Part shown: piece after piece, positions 18,392-26,858 of the stretch | How the letters are laid out: each line of letters starts with the position of its first letter | Position numbering within the stretch: position 1 is the first letter of the stretch | DNA from: a bacterium | GTDB taxonomy: Bacteria; Ratteibacteria; UBA8468; B48-G9; DSTR01 | Reading direction: 5' to 3' | DNA length: 64,000 bases | Assembly (NCBI GenBank): GCA_029551285.1 | Contig: JAKPFT010000081.1 | Location: forward strand, 18,620 to 82,619 | Notes under the pieces: generated by a model | What the model was told of the DNA's origin: nothing | Database searches by the model: none | The model's input: the letters and a program-made list of their open reading frames with translations, nothing else | Program-made: the position numbers and the translations under genes

Positions 18392-20722
18392 TTAAAGATT
18401 CTGCCGCCACATCACTTTTTTCCGGCGCCGGTCGTAAACTGCCCGGAACTTCTTTTCTGCGGCCACTTCCTTTTCTTCTATTTTACCATTGCCATTTCTA
18501 TCTGCCACTTTCTGGCCGGTGACGGTGACGGAAAAGATGTTACTGCGCACGGTGATCAATCCGACCACCTTAGAAAAAACCAGTTCTTTTTCCGCTTCAT
18601 CATCAAGGTATCCATCGCCGTTGTTATCCATCAGGTCAAAACCGAACCGGGTTATCTCCCGGTTTAATTCTTCGCCTGGCGATGACCCCTGCCCGAATTG
18701 GCCCAGAATTTCCGAAATGTCCCGGAATGGCCGGCTGGCCAGGAGCCGTTCAGTCAGCTTCGGCGAGAAAAGCGGCAGACACAGTAACACCGTCTCACTG
18801 GCCGTATTCACATTCAAACGTCCCAGTGTGGCCAGCGCCGGTCTGGCCACCACCGTGACCTCATCTAAAATGGCCCGGTCTTCTCCAGTCCTCCAGAAGT
18901 CAAGGGTACGCCACTGCTGCTGCCGATGCACAAAGGATAACTCGGCAATGGTGGAGAAGGAGCGGTTCTTAACACAGAAGGATGATGGCCACAGATGCAC
19001 CCAGCCGACTTTTCCGAACTCACCGCTGACCCATGGTTGAAAGACAGAATTCTGCTGGCCGGGACTGCCTTCAAAGGGGAACCAGTCCAGAGTGCCCCTC
19101 ATTCTGGGGTCGTTCTTCTGAACCGTCGTCCAGGGCGTATCCACCGGATAGCGTGCTTCTTCAATGAGCTGGTCGTGGTTGTCATAAAGACGCAGGGTGA
19201 AATCAAATCCCAGTTTCTCCAGGAAAGGCAATTTTCTGAGAAAGATGGAAAACTTTTCCGATCCGGCTGGATTGAGCACCAGAATTGGCTCATACTGCTG
19301 ACACCCATCGGGGTCTCGCAGAGGCAAAACCAGAGGGAAAGGGGTCCCTTCCACAGGAATGATTATGACCAGTCGCACCAGGTCCCCGATCGTGTAGTAG
19401 GAATGAGCCTTCAGAACAGTCCCCGGTGGAATAAGAATAGAAGTTGGGTTAATGGCTTCCAGAAGATCGCGTATCCTTCCTGCGTCCACCTGCGTTTCTC
19501 CCCGGGTAACATCATCATAAACGGTCCGGGATTCCTTCAGCAGCACATTCAACACTGAGAGGGGAACCGTAACAACTCCGGTAATCTTCCAGCCGCCGAT
19601 GTCCAGGTCCTCCGGGTAAGGATTAAAAATTTCTATGAACTGCCCTGCTTTTTCCGCGACCTCAAGACCAATGGGAATTTCTTTAATTTCAAAGGGGACG
19701 ACGGCCTCAACCTCGTTAAAAGCAGGAACTTTTTCCACGCCGATAATCTTGTGGCCGTCCAGTTCTACCACTGTAGGCAGACTATCTTTATCCCGGAAAT
19801 CAATGCTGTTAGCGGCCAGTTGAGCCGCGTGAAATTTTTCATATCCCAGCCGTTTGAAGAGTTCAAAGAAATCGTCAAAGGAGGCCTGGTTCAGATTGAG
19901 CCGGGTGACTTTCTGGCGGTTCTCGTTGAAATCCACGGAAAACGTGGAAAGAAAAGGCTGGACCTGCCAGAATAACTTCTCGCTGCAGCCCGGTACCAGC
20001 CGCAGGTCCTGCGGAATGATATAGGGTCTGTCTCCTCCGCGCGGCCAGCGAATAGAGAATTCGTCTGGTTCGTCAATGCCTTCGCCTTCTTCGTCAACCA
20101 GACCGTCGCCATCATTGTCAATGCCATCTGAAGAAAGTAACATCTGGTCCCGATCGTCATCCTGGTCGGCGACCCCTGGCAGACCATCAGCGCCGTAGCG
20201 AAAACGGACCACCGCTGCCGACAGCGACCTTCCTAACAACTGTGGCAACAGGCTGATCTCCGCCACGGAGTGACCCTGGTTAAAACTGCCGGTGACATTA
20301 CCGCAGGCATTAAGGTTGATTTTGCCATTTTCATCCTCCACCAGAACCGCGTACCGGCCGATGAGGCGGCCCTGCCGGTCAAGAATTGGAAACCACCGGG
20401 AATCAGGTGTCCCGTCGCCATCGTTGTCCACATCTTCGCCGGAAAAAACGGTCCGCCAGCTGTCCAGATAACTGTCACATTCCTGGCTGTCATGGTCCAG
20501 TTCCCAGATGGCCTGCTCCAGGCCTGCCCTGGCGTGCCGCATGGCTTCCCGGCCAGACATCATCTTGAAGAAGGTTCGTTCCCCGAACTTAAACAGGAGC
20601 AGCAGACTCAGAACAAAGGTAAACAGAATCATAAGCACGGCCAGGGTAAACAGCAGCAGCCCTCCCCGGGTAGTTTTCCTTTCACAGCTTGAAACTTTTG
20701 GCTCCAGTTTTTCTCGGTTCAT
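18392..20722 (-). CDS. GspK-like giant minor pseudopilin with Asp-rich putative Ca-binding insert and C-terminal HhH motifs
   Basis: 776 aa. N-terminus TRGGLLLFTLAVLMILF is a GspK-type hydrophobic segment without Glu+5. Asp-rich loops DVDNDGDGTPDS, DQDDDRDQ..DGIDNDGDGLVDEEGEGIDEPDE, DLMDNNGDGYLDDEAEKE. C-terminal LNVNTASETVLLCLP is HhH-like, as in GspK. It is the last gene of a G-H-I-J pseudopilin operon. Confidence 0.55.
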   Translation of the reverse strand: MNREKLEPKVSSCERKTTRGGLLLFTLAVLMILFTFVLSLLLLFKFGERTFFKMMSGREAMRHARAGLEQAIWELDHDSQECDSYLDSWRTVFSGEDVDNDGDGTPDSRWFPILDRQGRLIGRYAVLVEDENGKINLNACGNVTGSFNQGHSVAEISLLPQLLGRSLSAAVVRFRYGADGLPGVADQDDDRDQMLLSSDGIDNDGDGLVDEEGEGIDEPDEFSIRWPRGGDRPYIIPQDLRLVPGCSEKLFWQVQPFLSTFSVDFNENRQKVTRLNLNQASFDDFFELFKRLGYEKFHAAQLAANSIDFRDKDSLPTVVELDGHKIIGVEKVPAFNEVEAVVPFEIKEIPIGLEVAEKAGQFIEIFNPYPEDLDIGGWKITGVVTVPLSVLNVLLKESRTVYDDVTRGETQVDAGRIRDLLEAINPTSILIPPGTVLKAHSYYTIGDLVRLVIIIPVEGTPFPLVLPLRDPDGCQQYEPILVLNPAGSEKFSIFLRKLPFLEKLGFDFTLRLYDNHDQLIEEARYPVDTPWTTVQKNDPRMRGTLDWFPFEGSPGQQNSVFQPWVSGEFGKVGWVHLWPSSFCVKNRSFSTIAELSFVHRQQQWRTLDFWRTGEDRAILDEVTVVARPALATLGRLNVNTASETVLLCLPLFSPKLTERLLASRPFRDISEILGQFGQGSSPGEELNREITRFGFDLMDNNGDGYLDDEAEKELVFSKVVGLITVRSNIFSVTVTGQKVADRNGNGKIEEKEVAAEKKFRAVYDRRRKKVMWRQNL

Positions 20723-20736
20723 AAAAGCAGTCCGGT

Positions 20737-21432
20737 TTAACTTCCTCCCGCCGCGGTAAAAGATCTGAAACTGATAGTTTTTTCTTCGGTATCAGGTGTT
20801 TGCTCCAGTTTGAAAGTACGGCTAAATTCTCTGGTCAGCCGCCGGCCCTCCACCCGGGAAGAACTCTGAACAACCACCGTCACCTTCACCTGCAGGGGTA
20901 ACCTGACCAGCATCTCCTCTTCTCTGGTATCCCAGGACGAACGCCACTTCTGGCCATCAAAATAAAGAAAGCTCAGGCTGAGAATGTTTCTGGCCACCGG
21001 TTGTGCTCCAGAAAAACCCTCGGGAAGAACAAAATCCGGATTGTCTCTGTCCACACGCATAACACTGACCTTCACCACCTGCCCGTCAAGGTAGAGACCA
21101 AATTTAGCCAGGTCAGAACCTTCACCGGGAGAAAAGGGCGCAATAAATTTTACCCGGTGTTCTTCCCCGAGAAAATGCATGCGCCACCGGCCCGGCAGGT
21201 CATTAACCTGGGACAGGGAAAGATGTCTTTCCACAAAGTCCAGAAGTTCCGTGGCTTCTGCCAGCACTTCTTTTTCCGCCATTTTCTGGCGGCTATCCAG
21301 CAATGTTTTCCGAAAGAGCATCAGGCTGGCCGTCATGACCAGAACCGAGATGAGCAGAGCGACCACCACCTCCAGAAGAGTTAGGCCTCTTTCACCTTCT
21401 CCGGAAGGAGTAATAGAAACTTCTCTTCTCAA
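20737..21432 (-). CDS. GspJ-like minor pseudopilin
   Basis: Prepilin motif G|LTLLEVVVALLIS (Glu+5). The I-like gene stops at 21392, so the start is most likely the in-frame TTG at 21432 (leader MRREVSITPSGEGERG) rather than the ATG at 21618. Confidence 0.5.
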   Translation of the reverse strand: MRREVSITPSGEGERGLTLLEVVVALLISVLVMTASLMLFRKTLLDSRQKMAEKEVLAEATELLDFVERHLSLSQVNDLPGRWRMHFLGEEHRVKFIAPFSPGEGSDLAKFGLYLDGQVVKVSVMRVDRDNPDFVLPEGFSGAQPVARNILSLSFLYFDGQKWRSSWDTREEEMLVRLPLQVKVTVVVQSSSRVEGRRLTREFSRTFKLEQTPDTEEKTISFRSFTAAGGS

Positions 21433-21772
21433 CTTTGCCCCCTCGCTGCCAGTAGATTTCCAGGTCCACGCGGTAAAGCCCTTCTTTTTCCTCACGCAAC
21501 CAGGCCCGATAGGTGTATCCGGGCAAATCAGGTTCCGCACCCTCCAGATAATCGGGAACTTCCGGTCCTCCGGAGGCAGCATATTTCTCCTCCACTTTCT
21601 GAAAAACCCTGTCGGCAAGCTGACTGCAGGAAACGTAGGTGCGGGAACGACGCGAAAGGTTGTTCAGGACGGGCAAAACACGGAATAAAGTGGCAATGCC
21701 TGTTGCCAGAAGGCACAGGGAGACCAGCACCGTAATTAAGGTCAACCCATACCGGCTTTTATCCCGGGCCAT
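21392..21772 (-). CDS. GspI-like minor pseudopilin
   Basis: Leader MARDKSRY then G|LTLITVLVSL (Thr at +5). 126 aa. Confidence 0.55.
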   Translation of the reverse strand: MARDKSRYGLTLITVLVSLCLLATGIATLFRVLPVLNNLSRRSRTYVSCSQLADRVFQKVEEKYAASGGPEVPDYLEGAEPDLPGYTYRAWLREEKEGLYRVDLEIYWQRGGKVEKRSFYYSFRRR

Positions 21773-21791
21773 TCAGTTTGCTCTTTCCCTT

Positions 21792-22250
21792 TCACCGGCG
21801 CAGACATTTTCCGGTGAGATTGTAAAGCACCAATTTCTGCTCCTGGCCGGTCCTTTCATGGCGCAGAATAAGGTGCCCTGCCTGGCTGCAAGTGCCATCC
21901 GGCCGGAAAATCACCGGGTCAAACCCCTCGGTTTTTTCTGCTATCAGAACATGCTCCGGCAACTTATAGATTTTTTCTATCCGTTCCTTTCCCAGGCGGT
22001 AGATGGCAAAAGAAGATTCGGAAAAAACTACCTGGAACTCCCTGCGTTCGTTGAGAGCCGCCGCCCTGGCCATCTCCAGGGCAGCCAGTACCTGGCGGGT
22101 GGCGTTTTCCAGGGCAAAGGATTGCTGGCAGCGGTGAACAACGGTCAGGGTCGGAATCAGCAACAGGGCGAAGATGAAGAGGACTACCACCACTTCCAGA
22201 AGCGTCAACCCCTTTGCCGCTTTTTCCCTGAAAGGTGGCCGTTGCTTCAT
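21792..22250 (-). CDS. GspH-like minor pseudopilin
   Basis: Leader then G|LTLLEVVVVLFIF. 152 aa. Confidence 0.55.
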   Translation of the reverse strand: MKQRPPFREKAAKGLTLLEVVVVLFIFALLLIPTLTVVHRCQQSFALENATRQVLAALEMARAAALNERREFQVVFSESSFAIYRLGKERIEKIYKLPEHVLIAEKTEGFDPVIFRPDGTCSQAGHLILRHERTGQEQKLVLYNLTGKCLRR

Positions 22251-22256
22251 CAGTAG

Positions 22257-22709
22257 TTACCAGTTGCCGATATCATCCCCGGTGCCAAACTGTCTGTCCG
22301 GTCCGGCGGAAAGAATCACAAACGGGGTGCTGGTCCGGTCAGACTGAGGATATTTATAGACAAAGGGTGTCTTCCAGGCATCAACAATGTTGAGAGATTC
22401 ATCAAGGTCTTCCTGTTTTATCCTGAGGTATGGCCCCTGCCAGAGTTCATTCTCCACCGGTCCCTGGAGAAGTTCCACCAGGATCCGGTTGCCCTGCCCC
22501 TGCCAGTGCGGATAGTCTCCAAAGTCGGCTTCGTAGAGAGAAAGGGCGGCTTCCAGGGAAGCGATGAGACTTTTCGTTTTGACGGTCACGGCCTTGACGC
22601 GAGCCCGGTGAATTACCGGAAGCAGCAGGGCAGCCAGGACCATCGCAATGGCAATTACAACCAGAAGTTCTATCAGGGTTAGCGCCTTTTGCTCTTTAAT
22701 TTTTCCCAT
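22257..22709 (-). CDS. GspG/PulG-like major pseudopilin
   Basis: KEQKA|LTLIELLVVIAIA is the N-methylation/cleavage motif with Glu+5. 150 aa, typical GspG length. Confidence 0.7.
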   Translation of the reverse strand: MGKIKEQKALTLIELLVVIAIAMVLAALLLPVIHRARVKAVTVKTKSLIASLEAALSLYEADFGDYPHWQGQGNRILVELLQGPVENELWQGPYLRIKQEDLDESLNIVDAWKTPFVYKYPQSDRTSTPFVILSAGPDRQFGTGDDIGNW

Positions 22710-22802
22710 CTTTCACCTTTCAGACCTGACCGGCCTTTCATTTTATCCTTTTTTCACCGCCGAAGGGAAGAAGAACGTTTTCCCGGGACCAGCCGGATAT
22801 GC

Positions 22803-22808
22803 TATAAT
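22803..22808 (+). promoter_or_regulatory. -10-like TATAAT box upstream of the DUF167 gene
   Basis: gcTATAATca lies 7 nt upstream of the ATG at 22815. Confidence 0.25.
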
Positions 22809-22814
22809 CAGACC

Positions 22815-23030
22815 ATGAAAGTGAGCGTTACGGTGAAGCCATACGCCCGCCAGGCCAGAGTAATTGCCACGGACCAGGGCTTGATTGTTTATGTCGATGC
22901 CGCGCCGGTGGAAGGCAAGGCTAACCGGCGACTTCTGGAACTGTGCGCCCGACACTTCGGAGTGGCCCGTTCTCAAGTCCGCATCTGTCATGGAACTTCT
23001 GGCCGGCACAAAATCCTGGAAATCTCCTGA
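22815..23030 (+). CDS. DUF167 (YggU) family protein
   Basis: MKVSVTVKPYARQARV...LIVYVDAAPVEGKANRRL.ELCARHFGVARSQVRI..G.SGRHK is the YggU family pattern. Confidence 0.65.
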   Translation: MKVSVTVKPYARQARVIATDQGLIVYVDAAPVEGKANRRLLELCARHFGVARSQVRICHGTSGRHKILEIS

Positions 23031-23034
23031 CGCC

Positions 23035-23616
23035 ATGTCCCTCACAGAAACAGAACTGGTTCAAAGAGCAAAAAGCGGCGATAATAAAGCCTTTGAGCAA
23101 CTGATGCTGATGAACCAGGGAAAAATTTACAATCTGGGATTGAAACTGCTGCGCAATCGGGAAGATGCCGCGGACCTGCTTCAGGAAACATTCATCAAGG
23201 CTTACCAGAATCTGGGCGAGTTTGAAGGCAAGTCTTCTTTTTCCACCTGGATCTACCGGATTGCCACCAATTTTGCCCTCATGAAACTGCGCCAGCGTAA
23301 GACCAGAAACGTTTCCCTGGAAACAATGGCTGACCAGGCCAGGTCAACGTACAACCGGGAAATTTTAGACTGGTCAGACAATCCCCAGGCCCATCTTAAA
23401 AACCAGGAACTGAAGATGCTGCTGGAAGCAGCCATTACTTCCCTGCCGCCCAAATACAAAACCGTCTTCATTCTTCACGATATTGAGGGACTGCCCCTCG
23501 CCAGGGTGGCGGAGATTCTCTCCCTTTCCATTCCAGCAGTGAAAACCAGAATTCACCGCAGCCGTCTTTATCTTCGCGAGAAACTCTCCAGGTATTTCCG
23601 GGAAAGAGAGAACTGA
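23035..23616 (+). CDS. ECF (sigma-24 family) RNA polymerase sigma factor
   Basis: Region 2 (QETFIKAYQNLGEF...FSTWIYRIATNFAL) and region 4 (LPLARVAEILSLSIPAVKTRIHRSR). Confidence 0.85.
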   Translation: MSLTETELVQRAKSGDNKAFEQLMLMNQGKIYNLGLKLLRNREDAADLLQETFIKAYQNLGEFEGKSSFSTWIYRIATNFALMKLRQRKTRNVSLETMADQARSTYNREILDWSDNPQAHLKNQELKMLLEAAITSLPPKYKTVFILHDIEGLPLARVAEILSLSIPAVKTRIHRSRLYLREKLSRYFREREN

Positions 23617-23617
23617 A

Positions 23618-23857
23618 ATGAGGTGTGAAGATATTCTGCGCTGCCTGTGTGATTACATTGACGAGGAACTGGACGCGCTGACCGAAAGCTGTTTTCTGGA
23701 CCATCTGGAGCAATGCGCTCGCTGTGCGGCGCTTTTGCACACGGTGGAAAAAACGATAGACCTATCCCGTGACATCTGGCCCAGACAGGCGCGTCTTCCT
23801 AAGAAGGTAATCCGGCGCGTCTACTACCAGGTGCGGATTCATTATCGGCAGAGATAA
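23618..23857 (+). CDS. zf-HC2 anti-sigma factor (RsrA/ChrR-like)
   Basis: A small protein that starts 2 nt after the sigma factor stop. C..C...(H)...C..C pattern: CLCDYIDEELD...CFLDHLEQCARCAALLH. Confidence 0.65.
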   Translation: MRCEDILRCLCDYIDEELDALTESCFLDHLEQCARCAALLHTVEKTIDLSRDIWPRQARLPKKVIRRVYYQVRIHYRQR

Positions 23858-23872
23858 GCTGCCCATGACTTC

Positions 23873-24796
23873 ATGGAAAGAAAGGTCTTGATTGCGGGAG
23901 CCGGACCAGCCGGGTTAACTGCTGGTATCTACGGCCGGCGGGCAAAACTTGAAACCATTATCGTGGAGCAGTCCTTCCCTGGCGGAACCATAACCCTGGC
24001 CGATAAAATTGAAAATTATCCCGGTTTTCCCCGGGGTGTTAGTGGCCAGGAACTGGCCGCTTTGATGGAACAACAGTACCGAAACTTAGGTGGCCAGATT
24101 CTGAACGGAGAAATCAGCCAGGTTGTTCCCGGCAAGCAACAGCATACCCTAATTCTCTCTGACGGACAGAAACTGATCGGCCCGGCCCTGATTATTGCCA
24201 CGGGAACCACCAGAAAAAAACTCGGGGTCCCTGGAGAAGAAAACCTCGCTGGCCGTGGAGTTTCATACTGCGCTGTCTGTGATGGCGCCTTTTTTAAGAA
24301 CCGTACTGTAGCCGTGGTGGGCGGGGGAGATGCGGCCCTGATGGAGGCTCTTCATCTGGCCCATCTGGCCGCTCGTTGTTTTTTGATTCACCGTCGGGAC
24401 AGTTTCCGCGCCGCGGCCAGTCTTCAGGAGGAAGTTTTCAAAAATCCCAAAATCACGCCAGTTTTATCCGCGGTCGTGGAAAGCATCACCGGTAGCACCC
24501 GGGTGGAAAGTATCGTGGTCCGGTCTCTGGCCACCGGAAAGACTGAACCAATCGCGGTGGACGGCGTCTTCGTCTCGGTTGGACAGCAACCCCGGAGCGA
24601 GTTTCTGAATGAGGTGGTCCGGCTGAGCCCCTCCGGCCACATCCTTACCGATGAAACAATGGCCACCTCCTGCCCGGGCATTTTTGCCTGCGGAGATGTC
24701 AGGAAAAAACACCTCTACCAGATTGTTTCCGCATGCAGCGACGGCGCCATAGCGGCATACTTCGCCGAAAGATATCTGACGCAGTCGGGAAAATGA
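23873..24796 (+). CDS. trxB: thioredoxin-disulfide reductase
   Basis: FAD motif AGAGPAGLTAG. Redox-active CAVCDG. NADPH motif GGGDAALMEA. 307 aa. Confidence 0.9.
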   Translation: MERKVLIAGAGPAGLTAGIYGRRAKLETIIVEQSFPGGTITLADKIENYPGFPRGVSGQELAALMEQQYRNLGGQILNGEISQVVPGKQQHTLILSDGQKLIGPALIIATGTTRKKLGVPGEENLAGRGVSYCAVCDGAFFKNRTVAVVGGGDAALMEALHLAHLAARCFLIHRRDSFRAAASLQEEVFKNPKITPVLSAVVESITGSTRVESIVVRSLATGKTEPIAVDGVFVSVGQQPRSEFLNEVVRLSPSGHILTDETMATSCPGIFACGDVRKKHLYQIVSACSDGAIAAYFAERYLTQSGK

Positions 24797-24841
24797 ATAG
24801 CCCGTTGCCTTGATTGCGGCTGACCCGCAGAAAGGAGCACC

Positions 24842-25975
24842 ATGACACCAGTCCAGGTTACACAGGCTAAACCCCAGGAGTACCAGCAGATTCAACGGTT
24901 TCTGGAGGATGCCTACGGTCATTCCCGGAACTTCTTCCCGCTTTTTTACCCTCAGGTCTGGCGAGAAGAAAATACTGACTACGCTCACACCCTGCTGGTC
25001 CGCGAAGACAATCAGATAGTCTCTCTGGTGAGAATTTTTCCCATGAAGTTAGTGCTGGCAGAGGTACTTCTGCCGGTGGCCGGTATCGGTGGGGTCTCCA
25101 CTTTGCCCCGGGCCCGCGGCCGGGGTTACATGAGCAGCCTGATGAACGAAGCCATCAAAGTGATGGACCGGGAAAATTTTCCCCTTTCTGTTCTCTGGGG
25201 TGACCGACACCGCTACCGCCATTTCGGTTATGAAAACGGAGGCCAGCTGCTGGAGGTCCAGATTGGTCCGCGCGGTCTTCAGCAAACTGCCGGGCCACAG
25301 TTACCTGTACACCGTTATCAGGGAGAACCTTATCTCCTGGAACGGATGTTCAAACTTTACCAGAAAAATCCTTTCCGGAAGGAACGTTCTCTCAAAGAAA
25401 TGCAGCACCTCTTAGAACGCACCGGGCTCAACACCTACTATGTGGAAGATGGCCAGGAACTGACTTATGCCTGCTTTGCGGGCGAAAGAGGCGGTCAGGA
25501 CGTGGTGGAATACGGAGGCAAACCCCTTCCTCTTCTAACTATTTTCCAGCACCATCATGCCAGATTTGGCTATTCCTCTTTTGTCCTGCGCTACCCTGGT
25601 CCGGAATTTGTTCCCCGGGAAATACTTGAAGCCGCTTCTTCCTGGTGGTTTAAGGCTGCCGGAATGCTGAAGGTGGTCAACCTCAGGAAAATGCTTGAGG
25701 CTTACCGGCCAGCCCTGGAAAAAGTTTTTCCCCGGGACAGCCGCCTTGTTCTGAAGAGAGAGACTGAACCGGCGGTCGCGCTTGGCTGGCAGGCAGGCAA
25801 ACTTGTCATTTCCTCTGCACCAGCGTCGGAAGCCATAACTTTCACCGACCCGGAACTGGTCAGATTTCTTTTTGGGCCTGGCCGGTGGCCGCCTTTTAAG
25901 GAAGTGACGGCCGATTCCCGGGCGGGACAGATAGAGCCGCTGCCATTTTTCATCTGGCCGCTGGACCACATTTGA
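24842..25975 (+). CDS. GNAT family N-acetyltransferase (Eis-like, with C-terminal SCP2-like domain)
   Basis: Acetyl-CoA binding region GIGGVSTLPRARGRGYMSSLM. Eis-like architecture, about 377 aa. Confidence 0.55.
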   Translation: MTPVQVTQAKPQEYQQIQRFLEDAYGHSRNFFPLFYPQVWREENTDYAHTLLVREDNQIVSLVRIFPMKLVLAEVLLPVAGIGGVSTLPRARGRGYMSSLMNEAIKVMDRENFPLSVLWGDRHRYRHFGYENGGQLLEVQIGPRGLQQTAGPQLPVHRYQGEPYLLERMFKLYQKNPFRKERSLKEMQHLLERTGLNTYYVEDGQELTYACFAGERGGQDVVEYGGKPLPLLTIFQHHHARFGYSSFVLRYPGPEFVPREILEAASSWWFKAAGMLKVVNLRKMLEAYRPALEKVFPRDSRLVLKRETEPAVALGWQAGKLVISSAPASEAITFTDPELVRFLFGPGRWPPFKEVTADSRAGQIEPLPFFIWPLDHI

Positions 25976-26017
25976 CAGAATTTTCCCGCTATCTTAAAGT
26001 AATAACAAAGGAGTCTG

Positions 26018-26851
26018 ATGAAAAAAAGTATCAACATCGGAGCCGTACCTGCGGCCTGGCCCCTGAAGGAAAAACTCCAGGCCATCAAGAAGGCCGGGTT
26101 TGAAGCGGTGGAACTCAACCTGGCCGAAGAAGGTTTTCTCAGTCTAACCAGCAGTCAGGAAGAAATTCTGGCTGTCCGCCAGCAGGTTAACCAGGCGGGA
26201 CTGGAAATAGCCAGTTTGCTGGCCGGTGGGTTCTGGCGGCATCCGCTGACCAGTTCTGACCAGACTACCCGCAGTCAGGGGGAGAACCTGCTGAAGAAAG
26301 CCATAGAAATCTGTTCCTGGCTGGGTACCGAGGCGCTCCTGGTCGTGCCAGGCGTGGTCGGCCCCGAGCCTCAAACAGGACTGGTAACCGGCTACGATGA
26401 AGCCTACCAGCGCAGTCAGGAATGCCTTCGCCGGGCCGCGGCCTTCGCAGAGAAATCCCGGGTTTACCTGTGCGTGGAAAATGTCTGGAACCGTTTCCTG
26501 TTAAGCCCGCTGGAGATGAAACGTTATGTGGAAGAAATAGGTTCTCCCTATGTCCAGGTCTATTTTGATGTCGGCAATGTGTTGTTGTTTGGTTTCCCGG
26601 AAATGTGGATCAGAATTCTGGGTAAACTTATCCGGCGCATTCACCTGAAGGATTTCAAGACCGGCGTAGGTACCGGATACGGTTTCTGCACACTTCTGGA
26701 GGGCGATGTCAACTGGCCGGAAGTACTGAAAGCCCTTCAAGAAGTCGGTTATGACAGTTATCTGACCGCGGAAGTTGGACCGTACCGGTACTATCCGGAG
26801 ACAGTGCTGCTGCACACTTCTACCAGTATGGACCGAATCATGGGCAGGTGA
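26018..26851 (+). CDS. sugar phosphate isomerase/epimerase (xylose isomerase-like TIM barrel)
   Basis: AP-endonuclease 2 / TIM-barrel family pattern (VELNLAE..., YLCVENVWN, HLKDF). Confidence 0.7.
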   Translation: MKKSINIGAVPAAWPLKEKLQAIKKAGFEAVELNLAEEGFLSLTSSQEEILAVRQQVNQAGLEIASLLAGGFWRHPLTSSDQTTRSQGENLLKKAIEICSWLGTEALLVVPGVVGPEPQTGLVTGYDEAYQRSQECLRRAAAFAEKSRVYLCVENVWNRFLLSPLEMKRYVEEIGSPYVQVYFDVGNVLLFGFPEMWIRILGKLIRRIHLKDFKTGVGTGYGFCTLLEGDVNWPEVLKALQEVGYDSYLTAEVGPYRYYPETVLLHTSTSMDRIMGR

Positions 26852-26858
26852 GACCTGT

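Noticed and set aside
18392-20722. RTX-type toxin or adhesin interpretation of the Asp-rich repeats in the GspK-like protein
   Set aside because: No GGxGxDxUx nonapeptide tandem repeats and no C-terminal T1SS signal. The repeats are few, and the protein has pseudopilin-type N-terminus and HhH C-terminus in a G-H-I-J operon context.
20737-21618. ATG start at 21618 for the J-like pseudopilin
   Set aside because: It would give a 76-aa leader and overlap the I-like gene by 227 nt. Prepilin leaders are short, and an in-frame TTG at 21432 is more consistent.
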